Origin: Octopus sinensis | Lineage: Eukaryota | Direction: 5' to 3' | Length of the DNA stretch: 37,229 nucleotides | Assembly (NCBI RefSeq): GCF_006345805.1 | Contig: NW_021835943.1 | Location: 1-37,229, forward strand | Part shown: piece after piece, positions 24,607 through 35,290 of the stretch | How the letters are laid out: the number at the start of each line of letters is the position of its first letter | Numbering within the stretch: the stretch's first letter is position 1 | Notes under the pieces: model-generated | Database searches by the model: none | Seen by the model: only the letters and a program-made list of their open reading frames with translations | Told to the model about the DNA's origin: nothing | Program-made: the position numbers and the translations under genes

Positions 24607-25329
24607 CTCACCCTTCTCTCTAGCCCGTGTCTTCCTCTATCTGTCTCTCTCTCTCTCTCACTCCTCCTCACTTTCGTCACTGCTAAACCTTTCCGCCTGT
24701 TGCATTCAGGCCCTAAGGTCATGTTTCCTCGCGCTCGCCAGTTACCTTCTCGTCCCAGTCAGAACAAAGGCCTTCGTTCGTCTTTTTCGTTTGTTCTGTT
24801 GTTTATTTCTGATTTCTCGTATTGTAATTTAATTCTCGTTATGTATTTTTTCTTGTACATGTATCTTTAATTTTTTATTATTTTTTTCTTGTATGTATTT
24901 TTTTTGTGTGCAGTTCTTTGTTACGTCCCTTTTTGTGTTACATTTTTTCTTGCTCGTTTCCCTCTACGAGTTTATTTTTTTTAATTCTCTCGTAGGAAGG
25001 CCTAGCTTGACCTTACGTGTTTGTCTCTGCCTTCGAAACACGTGTCTGCTAGCGACAGCTGATGAAGGGGATTTTTCTTTTGTAGCATGTCCTGTACTTC
25101 GTTTTTCTGTTGCACATAATTGTTTTTCCCGTTTTCGTTTTCGTTTCGTCTCTGTTCCACGTCTCTGTCCTTCTGTTTAACAAAATGTCTTTTCCTTTTT
25201 CGTTCTGTTGATTCTTTCGTCTTCCTGTGATGTCCTGTACGTATATATATTTATATATGCATGTATATATACATGTAGATGTCGGTACGTACATATATGT
25301 TTGTATGTATGCATATATTTTATTTATTA

Positions 25330-25331
<2 letters not shown>
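24327..25331 (+). mobile_element. About 1-kb non-coding element with identical 102-bp terminal direct repeats, inserted in (TA)n
   Basis: 24327-24428 equals 25230-25331. The interior is pyrimidine-rich on + and carries hammerhead core segments at 25030-25070. Confidence 0.8.
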
Positions 25332-25372
<41 letters not shown>

Positions 25373-25612
25373 AGATATATATATATATATATATATCGCT
25401 TAGGCATTGCAATACTAACCATGTTTAGAACTCATATACATATGTTTCAGAACGAAGCGTTAGTCGAGTAAAGAGCGGTTATAAGAAAAAGGAGATAAAG
25501 AAATAAACGATTAACTTATGAACTTCAACAGCTGTAAGCTAAGGAAATTCATAAAGATAATCTTTATTTCGTTGTCATCCCTAATTTCTATCATATATAT
25601 ATATATATAAGT

Positions 25613-25870
25613 ATTGTTTAATAAATGACAATATATGCATTTATGTGCAACTATTAGTTTCATGTGCTGAGAGCATGCCAAACAGTGCGTTTTAACGCAT
25701 CTGGTATCCTAGCATACACAGCCCATATGGCGTAATTCGTTATGCCATATGGGTAGCGTCTGATGATTGTGCTAGGATACCAGGCATATTAAAAACACTG
25801 TTTGGCATGCTCTCAGCACATGAAACTAATAGTAACACACAAATATCATACATTGTGTTTGTCAAATAAT
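25613..25870. mobile_element. Foldback/MITE-like palindromic element
   Basis: A perfect 38-bp inverted pair at 25650-25687 / 25796-25833, inner pairs ctggtatcctagca / tgctaggataccag and cccatatggc / gccatatggg, and degenerate outer arms. Confidence 0.8.
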
Positions 25871-26001
25871 AATTATCTCTCACGTTATTTTGCTGCTCTT
25901 ACCATCACGGGACAGTACACTATATATGTATGTATGCATGTATGTATGTATGTATGTATGTATGTAGAAGGTTGAAAAGGAATATACGAGTTAATATCAT
26001 A

Positions 26002-26342
26002 AGGAAAAAAGTCAAAGTAGAAAATGCTAAAATAATTTTATCATAAAGAATATTTTAGTACCGGTTTCTGTCATTGAGACTTTTCAACTCTAAGTATGGA
26101 AAAGAATTAAATTTTGGAAAAAATTAAATGAAAAGTTTTTTAAAAGAATATTTGCATAGTATTCAAATACAAGCGGCAATTTCCTTGTTTCTGCCTGTCT
26201 CTGTCTCTCCTGTTTATTCTTGTGGGTTCGAACCCGCAAGAGTAAACAAGAGAAATAGAAAAAGTCTCAATGACTGAAACCGCTACCAAAATGTTTTGTA
26301 TGATAAAATTATTTTAGTATTTTCTACCTGAACTTTTTTCCT
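26002..26342. mobile_element. Short element with diverged inverted arms of about 83 bp, a snap-back hairpin and a U3:A8 hammerhead-like motif
   Basis: Arms at 26002-26084 and 26260-26342; hairpin at 26211-26248. Minus strand 26055-26093 reads TTAGAG-TTGAAAA-GTC-tcaat-GAC-A-GAAAC-cg-GTA-CTAA. Confidence 0.6.
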
Positions 26343-26350
26343 ATATATAT

Positions 26351-26447
<97 letters not shown>

Positions 26448-26599
26448 GTGACGTATTTTTGCCATTTCAATATGGCTAACCCCTAAGGGTGGATGCTACT
26501 GTAGTTTTAGCCCCAGGAGGACACACTCCTCCAGCTGGCCATAGACACACTTTCTGTGTCCTGTCAGTATTTGCAAAGGGAAGTCATCCTTCCCGTCTT

Positions 26600-26669
26600 C
26601 AACTTATGATACACACGGACTCGAGTTTCGAGGTATTGACCTCTCGTCAGCGTGTGACAATCATAGTTG
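26600..26669 (-). ncRNA. Type I hammerhead ribozyme, identical inverted copy
   Basis: Exact reverse complement of 26912-26981. Confidence 0.9.
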
Positions 26670-26911
26670 TCGCCGAGAATTAGATTTCCTTCACAAATAC
26701 TTATACTTTTTCCAGCGTCCACTGTCGCTGATATTGAAAAAGTGAAATCAAAGCCATATTGAAATGGCAAAAATACGTCACGTTGTGTTACCGCTACTGT
26801 ATATAACTCACATTGATATTTATCATTGTTTGATTTCACTTTTTCAATATCAGCGACAGTGGACGCTGGAAAAAGTATAAGTATTTGTGAAGGAAATCTA
26901 ATTCTCGGCGA

Positions 26912-26981
26912 CAACTATGATTGTCACACGCTGACGAGAGGTCAATACCTCGAAACTCGAGTCCGTGTGTATCATAAGTTG
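26912..26981 (+). ncRNA. Type I hammerhead ribozyme with canonical core and extended stem I
   Basis: Reads CAACTATGAT-tgt-CACACG-CTGACGA-GAGG-tcaata-CCTC-GAAAC-TCGA-GTC-CGTGTG-t-ATCATAaGTTG. All core nucleotides are canonical; predicted cleavage is after C26963. Confidence 0.9.
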
Positions 26982-27178
26982 AAGACGGGAAGGATGACTT
27001 CCCTTTGCAAATACTGATAGGACACAGAAAGTGTGTCTATGGCCAGCTGGAGGAGTGTGTCCTCCTGGGGCTAAAAACTACAGTAGCATCCACCCTTAGG
27101 GGTTAGCCATATTGAAATGGCAAAAGTACGTCCACGTTGTGTTACCGCTACTGTATATAACTCACATTGATATTTATC

Positions 27179-27556
<378 letters not shown>

Positions 27557-28869
27557 TATGTTTTGGCTGTGAGAAAAAATTTTCGCAATTCCATGTTCTA
27601 CTAAAAAGAAAAATTAGAAAACATTTTAGATCCCGCGCCCTACCACATTTTCCCCAGACCTCAATTGGTGGGGCTTATGCCCTACTGGTTTCGATGGAAA
27701 TGACGATGCGATCACGATAACACAGGACATAGTCTAGAGTAACGAAATATCTTCTCTCATTGAGGAATATTTAGAGAAATTTTGAATCGACGTTCTCTGC
27801 CAAACACAACCAAGGAATCGAAGGATCTCAGTGAAACGAAGTCGAGTATCACTGAATCGGGAGGCTTCCTGTTAAAATAAGAAGAAAGAAAATCGACGTA
27901 GGGCGAGCGTTTACTTTTGTGATGTTTAGTGTCGTTAATATAACGACGAAGTACAACATTCTAACATTGAGCCATCGCACTAGAATTTTTTGAGAGGAAT
28001 TTATCATGACTCTGAGTAAACTGATGTATTCTATATTCCGTCACAATAGCGAAACCTCAATTGAATAGGTCTACCTGTGGAATTGTTTAATAACCCAATA
28101 CAAAATATAAGCGTCTACAGCAGTCTCAACACAGCCTTGTTCTGCTTTAAACAAACGTCTTGAGGACAGGTTGACTACCTTATTCTGATATTACACTAAA
28201 TCTAAATGCGAAGAATCGGTAAATCAGTATTGATTTCTTTTGTTGTAAGTCTAGAGAACAGTATCTGTTGAACGGGAGACTCAGTAGAGCTCAAAGTGAC
28301 TCGTATACAGTCGTTCACTTGAATTTTGATTCATATTGTAAATAGTGGGTCAGTTACTACATCAAAATTTGAAATGAATCATTAATAGTGCTACATAGCA
28401 GAAAGTATGGAACGAAAACTGGTAATGTCTGTAAGGATGAAAACTTCAATACAGCTGACAGTCGATCAGGATCCGGATTGATAGCTTTAGAACTGAAAAT
28501 ATATCCCATTAGACAAGGAATCTGGATCATTGACCATTATAATTACGCTGTTAAGGTTGTTTCAGGTATAACTTCTTGTGTTTAGCTTATCCATTTCTGT
28601 TTTAATATTCAAATTTATCATCAATTTTATCGTTAGTAAATTACCTGGCACCGTCGCTTAACAAGACGATATAATTCATGCAATTGATAAGCCAATTCAC
28701 GATATATGTTTGCTATAATTGCTATAAAATGCTGGTTAAATATGTCATCAAAATTAATGCATCCCAGGCAACGAATTTGAAAAACACATGACTGATAACT
28801 GAAAGCATTCGTATTTGAAATTGTAGTTGACCAGTGTTTTATGCAGTTACTCTTTATTTTCATTTTTCT

Positions 28870-29060
28870 TTCGGTGGTAATGGTGGTGGGGGAAGTGTTA
28901 GTCGATCCAATCAACTTTGATACTTGACTAGTACTTTATATTATCGACTCCCAGGAAGGCATAAGTTGAATTTGGTGGGGTTTGAACTTAGAACATAAAG
29001 TGACAGAAGAAATACTACATGTTATTTTGTCCGACGATTTGTCGATTCCGCCAAACTGCT
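28870..29060 (+). mobile_element. Degenerate copy of an abundant SINE-like retroposon family
   Basis: Shares the blocks tagtactt..tt.tcgac, gaatttgaact.agaac and gattccgcca with the copies at 29256-29471 and 32392-32535. Confidence 0.6.
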
Positions 29061-29255
29061 GCTGGTGAATTACAGTAATTACATTAATAACTGTCCAATA
29101 TACGCATCAAACAAACTTCCTACTAAATAAATATAGCTCGGTAGCTCTTACGATAATTTACCCATACTAATTTACACGTATCTTTCGTAATCTATTGATT
29201 ACCTCGTCGAGGTTACATTCAACGCAGGACCGTTTATCAACGCTGAATTAATATT

Positions 29256-29471
29256 GATTTCAAATCTTTGCCATAAGGCCAGCAGTTTTTGGGGAGGTGG
29301 GTAAATCGATTACATCCATCCTAGTATTCAACTAGTACTTATTTTATCGACTCCTTAAGGATGAAAGGCTAAGTCGACCTCACCGGAATTTGAACTCAGA
29401 ACAGAAAGACGAATGAAATGTCGCTATGCTTTTTTCCCGTTGCACTAACGATTCTGCCAGCTCGCCGCCTT
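29256..29471 (+). mobile_element. SINE-like retroposon copy (left arm of an inverted pair)
   Basis: tttcaaat..tggc..aaggccagca...gtcgacctc...gaatttgaactcagaac...aacgattctgccagctcgccgcctt. Confidence 0.75.
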
Positions 29472-29501
29472 AAAAGTTGAATTAATATTACTAATTAAGT
29501 G

Positions 29502-29714
29502 AAGGCGGCAAGCTGAAAGAATCGTTAGCGCGCCGAGAAAAACAAATGGCGGTATTTCGCCTGTCTTTACGTTCTGAACTAAAATTCCGCCGAGGTCGAC
29601 TTTTCCTTTCATTTCTTTCGGAATCGACAAAATGAGAACAAGTTGAGCACTGGGGTTCGTTGTAATCGACTTACCACTTCCCCCGAAATAAATGGCCTTG
29701 TGCCAAAATTTGAA
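29502..29714 (-). mobile_element. SINE-like retroposon copy (right arm, tail to tail with the previous copy)
   Basis: The reverse complement carries the same blocks as 29256-29471; the spacer is 30 bp and AT-rich. Confidence 0.75.
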
Positions 29715-30047
29715 GCTATTATTACTAATTAAGTAATTAATGCAGATAAGCGCAAATGATATCCGGTGAATGAAAATAAATAAATAAAAAAAAGGATTTA
29801 TTTCTTAATACAAAACCAAAGCAAACACTTCATAAGGGTTTAAATTACAATTACGGAATAAATCTTAAGACTTTAAAACACAAAATTTCATTAAAATCCT
29901 TGCAGAATCACATTTTGCTCCTCATCTGTACTGAATGAACTTTCAATAATCATTAAGGATGAAATGATATCATCGTCGGATTCTTTTCATCGCCGTTGAT
30001 TGCTGCCTGTGATTATATGTTGCATATCATCATATCTTGTTGTTATT

Positions 30048-30240
30048 GCTGTGCTGCTGCTGCTGCTGTTGTTGTTATTGTTGTTGTTGTTGTTGTTGTT
30101 CTTCTTCTTCTTCTTCTTCTACTACTACTACTACTACTACTTCTTTTCCTTCTCCTTCTTCTTCTTCTTCTCCTCCGCCCCTCTCCCCCTCCTCCTCCTC
30201 CTCCTCCCCTCCTCCTTCGTTGTCGTCGTCGTCGTCGTCA
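30048..30240. repeat. Compound trinucleotide microsatellite (TGC/TGT/TCT/TAC/TCC/TCG)
   Basis: Direct reading. Confidence 0.93.
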
Positions 30241-30454
30241 CACCCCTTCAGATATTCATCATCTCTACCCATGAAGTGCATTCGAAATTCCACGTCTCTC
30301 GACTGATTTGATAATAATGTCAGCTTTTTATTTCCTTTCATCTTTTGTGCAATATTTTATTCTCCATCACGCATCCAGTCACACCATTCCTACCACGACC
30401 CAACATCACCCACCACCACCACCACCACCATCATCACCACTACTTCCACCTCAG

Positions 30455-31345
30455 TCATGTACTTAATTGACTTATTGATACTATCATCTAATGATTGCAA
30501 AATATTTGCAAGTCCGTCAGCAATTTACCGCCTTATATACATTACTTTGTGATCGGACGTTATCAACAACGCTCTTCTCCAGATATGACCTAAGCTGATC
30601 CCAGACGAGCAAACCTTTTCTTTGTAGTGCACAAGGTCGTAAATTCCAAATTTCATTTATTTGTTTTCTTCCACCCAACTTTGTGCTTGTTCATGTACGA
30701 TAATTCCTTTTGGAAATCTATCCTTGGCATAGATTTTTCTCTTAAATACAATTACTTATCGTATAAAATATTCTCTGCCATACAAGCAAAAACTTTTCAT
30801 CAGTACAATTTGGATCACAATTAGTTTTCTCTGGTATGTTAAGATTAAGAGACGTTTCATTCAAGTTTCCAACGCATGATAATATGTAGCTATTTTCCCG
30901 CTGATTTCTGATTATACAAGATTAGTCAAACGTTAATATTTTATCTAGGACATTGGGCGACTTTTACGCAAACTTTGTTCTTTGCATAAAAGCCGAAATC
31001 ATACTTACATATGAACTCTCTGCACCCTCCGGTACTTTCCTTAAAATCCCAAATTCCGTCTTTCTTGGGTCGCTTTTACACATAGATTTGGATAACACCA
31101 CGAGTTACCGATTTTTAATCTTGATGATTTTCAAGTAGCCCTATTCGGAAAATTTCTTCTCCAATTGTATCCACGTAAAAAGCTCTGTCACCACACTTCG
31201 TTACTCGCATTGTCTCAAGTTTATTCGATATCGTTCCCCAGCTTCTCATAAGTTTCTGCGATCGCAAAATTCTTTTGTTGCTACGCATTTATTTGCCTTC
31301 TCGGCAACTTCAGAAGCTTTTGAATTTAATGCAGATTTAAACTTA
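30455..31345 (-). pseudogene. pogo-family (Tc1/mariner) DDE transposase remnant, not captured by the ORF track; limits approximate
   Basis: Minus-strand fragments in the expected order: FKESTGGCREF (FKAS.GW), VGNLNETSLNLNIP (IGNMDETP), FKRKSMP..FPKGIIVH...SWV, LLVWDQLRSYL and DGLANILQSLDDSINKSIK (GGLT..LQPLDV.INK). Confidence 0.85.
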
Positions 31346-31447
31346 TTTTTCCTTTCTTTTTGGCGGAGGGAAACATTCTGTCTCCCTCTTTCTTTCACAC
31401 ATACGCACACACACAAACACACTCACGCTCGCACGCGCATTCACACC

Positions 31448-31490
<43 letters not shown>

Positions 31491-31745
31491 GCACGCACAC
31501 GTACGCACGCGCACACACACAAACCGAATTTTAGAGCTAAAAATACACAAGTCTATTCTGAAAATGCTTTCTGGGAACACTAACACACTAACACTAGTCG
31601 TCTTCACAAGTGAGATTGTGACCTAACCTCGGACTGATTTTTATACAGTCTTCCCGAGTGCTGAAACTGATAGCAACAGTAAACAGTAAAACAAGTGATA
31701 ATTGTGACATCATTGCGTTAGGAGGCATTGCCTTATGTCTCTTAC

Positions 31746-31930
31746 CTGACGAGGCTGGTTACACTAGTTCACGGTTGTGTTTATATCAACAAACTCTAAA
31801 CTGACTAAATATTGTGTACAGCATCCATTCATAAACATGGTAATTACAGTAAATTTGACGAGCAATGGTCTACCTTATATAGGTAATTGCCGTGTCATAC
31901 AGAGGTCTCCAACCACCAGGCCAATGACCA
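31746..31930 (-). promoter_or_regulatory. Candidate Pol II core promoter and short first exon of a minus-strand transcript
   Basis: CCAAT at 31921-31925, TATATAAG on minus at 31881-31874, TCA Inr-like site at about 31856 and a strong donor CAG|GTAAGA at 31746|31745. Motifs only; no transcript evidence. Confidence 0.3.
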
Positions 31931-32391
31931 GTGCTGGGCTGTGGATCATTTGGTACGCACAGAAAGTATTTCCAACATGCTATCTTTGTAAGGCGGGGTT
32001 TTCTATTATGAGAGCAACTAAAACGAGATTACGGAATAGATTGGACATAAAGAACACACTTCGGGTGTCACTGTCTCCCTTCACCCCTCGATGGGACCAT
32101 CTCATCGCCGGGAAGCAAACTCAAGATTCCATTGATTCTGTATTATAGTGATTTGTGATATTCTAAAATCTCTCTAAGAGATCAACGCGGTAGTTGTACT
32201 AATCACAGTAGTTGTACTAGCAAGTAATGTTCGTAGCCACTTCAACATGGCTGTCTGTTCGAACGGACTTTACTGTGATTTTTTAACCCCCAAGAGGACA
32301 TATCCTCTAGCTGGTTAACGATGCACAACAGCATCCGAGATATTGCGAGCCGAGGAGCTAGTGCTCAACTGATATTTTATTCTAAACACAA

Positions 32392-32640
32392 AAATTAATG
32401 TCAAAGCCGACCTCAGCAGAATTTGAGCAGAATGGCAAAGTCGACCACGGCAGAATTTGAACCCAACGTGAAGCTGGACGAATTGCCGCTGAGCAGTTGC
32501 TCGGCGTGCTAACGATTCTGCCGGCTCGCTGCCTTTTAAAAAATATTAGTTTGCAAATTTTAACAAAAGGCTAACACGTATGGGGAGGGGATAAATCGAT
32601 AACATCGATCCCAGTGTTCAATCTTATTTTATTGGTGCTA
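32392..32640 (+). mobile_element. Two adjacent partial copies of the SINE-like family
   Basis: gtcaaagccgacctcagcagaatttga...ctaacgattctgccggctcgctgcctt (32400-32535), then tttgcaaatttt...tcgat.acatcgatcccagtg (32550-32630). Confidence 0.65.
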
Positions 32641-32699
32641 ATTATAAGACGATAATTGAAGTTTTTCACTTAAGGCGCTGATAAACGGAAACATGATAT

Positions 32700-32908
32700 T
32701 TATGTGGATCGCAAATTAAAGGTATACTAACAAGAGAAATATTCATTTACTTGCTTTAATATTTTTACGGAGAGTAGTACCTTGACCACAAAATGTTGGA
32801 AAACTAAAAATTGACTTTTACTTGAGGTACATGGAAAATTTAATTGTTTTAACTTCGTAAATGGGTCGACTTTTACACGATATTAGCCTTTTATCTGAGT
32901 GTATACGG
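32700..32908 (-). mobile_element. Possible terminal fragment of a pogo/Tigger-type element
   Basis: Minus strand begins CCGTATACACTCAGATAAAAG...GTCGACCC, resembling CCGTA-type pogo termini; no partner TIR found. Confidence 0.3.
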
Positions 32909-32920
32909 AATTTCTATGTA

Positions 32921-34171
32921 TTGGGTCATCCCATAAATAATGAGTTTTTTTATACTTTTTTTTACAAAATTAAGATAAACAAATTTTTGTTAAATCTAAA
33001 ATATACTCTCCTTCATTTTCTACAATACTTTTCCATCTATCTAGTAGACTTTCAAGGCCCCTCTTCCAAAATTCATTTGTCCGTGACAAAAAATACTTCT
33101 TCAGTACTGTTCTGACCTGGTCTACAGAATTCATATTTTTTCCAACCAAATGATTTTGAAGACTGCGAAATAAATGGTAATCACATGAGGTAATGTCCGG
33201 TGAATAAGGTGGGTGGAGCATCGTTTCGCATTCAAACTGCTCCAGCCTTTTGAATGTCATCGTCGCTGTATGTGGCCGAGCATTATCCTGATGGAAGAAC
33301 ACCTTTCGTCTTGAAACCAAAGATGGTCGTTTTCCTTCTAGCGATGACTTAAGCCGCTCAAGCTGCTCGCAATAAATCTCCTTTGTTATCATTAGGTTAG
33401 GGTTTAAAAGTTCAAAGTGGACTAAACCTTTCATATCCCACCTTCTTTAGCCTGAGTTGCCGGTGTTTCTCCTTTTCCTACCCACTGTCTTCGGCGCTTG
33501 TCTTTTTTTATAGAGAGCCCATTTCTTGTCACTAGCCTCTATTCGGTTGGAAAAAGGTTCATTCGTGTGACGTGACAGTAAAGAAGAGCATACATTCACT
33601 CTCTGCGTGCGATTAGACTTGGAAAGTTTGTGAGGAACCCATTGACCTAATTTGCTGACTATTCCGATGGCACACAGGTATCGATGAATGATTGAATGAC
33701 CAAATCCAAGCTTCCCTGCTAGTTCCTCAACTGTTACGATGGGGTTTTGTTCCACCAGGGTTTGCAGGATGTCGTCGTCGAACTCTACAGATCTTCCAGG
33801 AAAAGGCTCGTCTTCTAGGCTGTAGTTTCCAGCTCGGAATTTCGGGAACCACCGTTGACACTGTCTTACGCTTATTGTCCGATCTCCATATACTGCATTA
33901 ATATTCCGAGGACTTTCCGTTGCGTTGTTGCCTTTATTGAACTCATAAAGCAAAATATGCCGAATATGCTCCTTTGTCACTTCGATTATAGCTTTTTAAA
34001 AAAATAACTATTAAAACCGAACTGCACTCTTCAAAACTTTCTCTAAGAATAAGTACAAAATAAAATTACTACCTGCTTTTATAGCAAGTTGATGCAGGTA
34101 GTATATCGCGTCCCTCTCCGACCGTTAGTTCATGCAATTGATAAAACAGCATTATTAATGGTATGACCCAA
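32921..34171 (-). mobile_element. mariner (DD34D) transposon
   Basis: TIRs TTGGGTCATCCCATAAATAATG and its reverse complement match at 20 of 22 positions, with TA flanks at 32919-20 and 34172-73. Confidence 0.96.
32970..33980 (-). pseudogene. mariner transposase, frameshifted or internally deleted
   Basis: IRHILLYEFNKG HTH, WVPHKL, HQDNARPH and HPPYSPDITSCDYHLF. The segment normally carrying the K.ML.VWW motif appears to be missing. Confidence 0.93.
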
Positions 34172-34211
34172 TATTTACGTATGCATGTGTCTGTCTACTT
34201 CTACGTATGCA

Positions 34212-34323
<112 letters not shown>

Positions 34324-34339
34324 TATATATATACACTAC

Positions 34340-35290
34340 AGCAGTGTTTCGGCATAAGCGAACTTTAGGTTTGTCAAAATATGTTTGTAACATATTTCAA
34401 GTTCTAAAGGCAAATTCACTGCAGTTACCGTGGAGGAAAAAATCCTCTCTTATGGTGAAAATGTGTTAAAACACCAAACTTGTCCAATGTTGCCCCTGTC
34501 GAATTTCCAGACGCGTTTCTCTTGCTCTTTTGCAGTTATCAATGGGAAATACCGAAGAGAGAAAACTTTGAGCAGACTTAATTAAAGCCGTAACTTTAAC
34601 AAAATACAGGCAAGAACATTGACTGAGTTGAACCATTAAGCCGCCAGGTCGGAATAATTTAAAGTTCGCTTAAGCCTAAACACTGCTTGGCGTTGATACT
34701 GCTGTAATTTTTTCCGACCTGGCAGTCTAATGGCGCGACTCAGTCAATGTTGTTGACAGTTTTACTTAAGGCAACGGCTTTAATTGTGGATCAGTGGTTA
34801 GGGTTGCAGACTTGCGGTCGGAGGATCGCGGTTTCGATTCCCAGACCGTGCGTTGCGTGTGTTTATTGAGAGAAAACACCTAAAAGCTTCACAAGGCTCC
34901 GGCAGCGTGTGGTGGTGACTCCTGCTGTATTCTTTCGCCACAACTCTCTCTTCCTGTTTCCTTGAGTAACGCTGTGATGGACTGGCGTCCCGCCCAGCTG
35001 GAGGGAACACATACGCCACAGAAACCGGGAAACCGGGCCGATGAGCCTGGCTAAGCTTGAAAAGGGCGGAAAAAACGGCTTTAATTAAGTCAGTCAGAGT
35101 TTTCGCTCTTCGATATTACCCATTATGACGGCTAAAGAACTAGAAACGCGTCTAGGAATCTGACAGGAGCAGCACTAGACAAATATGGTGTTCTTACACC
35201 CTTTTACCGTAAGACAGAATTTGTTCTGCACGGTAACTGAAGTGAATTTGCCTTGAAAAGTAGAATTATTTCACAAACATATTTTAACTA
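34340..35290. repeat. Large diverged inverted repeat (MITE/foldback family); 28-bp TIR pair at 34340-34367 / 34660-34687
   Basis: About 34375-34660 aligns block by block with the reverse complement of about 34710-35290 once the SINE is removed. The TIR pair matches at 26 of 28 positions. Confidence 0.7.
34786..35073 (+). mobile_element. tRNA-derived SINE with a 13-bp target-site duplication
   Basis: A-box-like GTGGATCAGTGGTTAG and B-box-like GGTTTCGATTCCC. The TSD AACGGCTTTAATT is at 34773-34785 and 35074-35086. The internal gatggactggcgtcccgcccag resembles V/Meta-type SINE central domains (low certainty). Confidence 0.85.

Noticed and set aside
26978-27010. TTGAAGA followed by the GGGAAG/CTTCCC hairpin
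   Set aside because: Looks like half of a second hammerhead core, but no GAAA follows the stem; treated as a structural hairpin only.
28388-28585. Plus-strand 65-aa ORF with a possible CAG|GTATAA donor
   Set aside because: Non-ATG start, weak splice signals and no recognisable domain.
34496-34545. Minus-strand CCA-UUGAUAA...GAAAC-GC-GUC-UGG hammerhead-like string in the foldback repeat
   Set aside because: Stem II needs bulges, stem I is only 3 bp, and the homologous position in the other arm lacks the core. Likely chance within a MITE.
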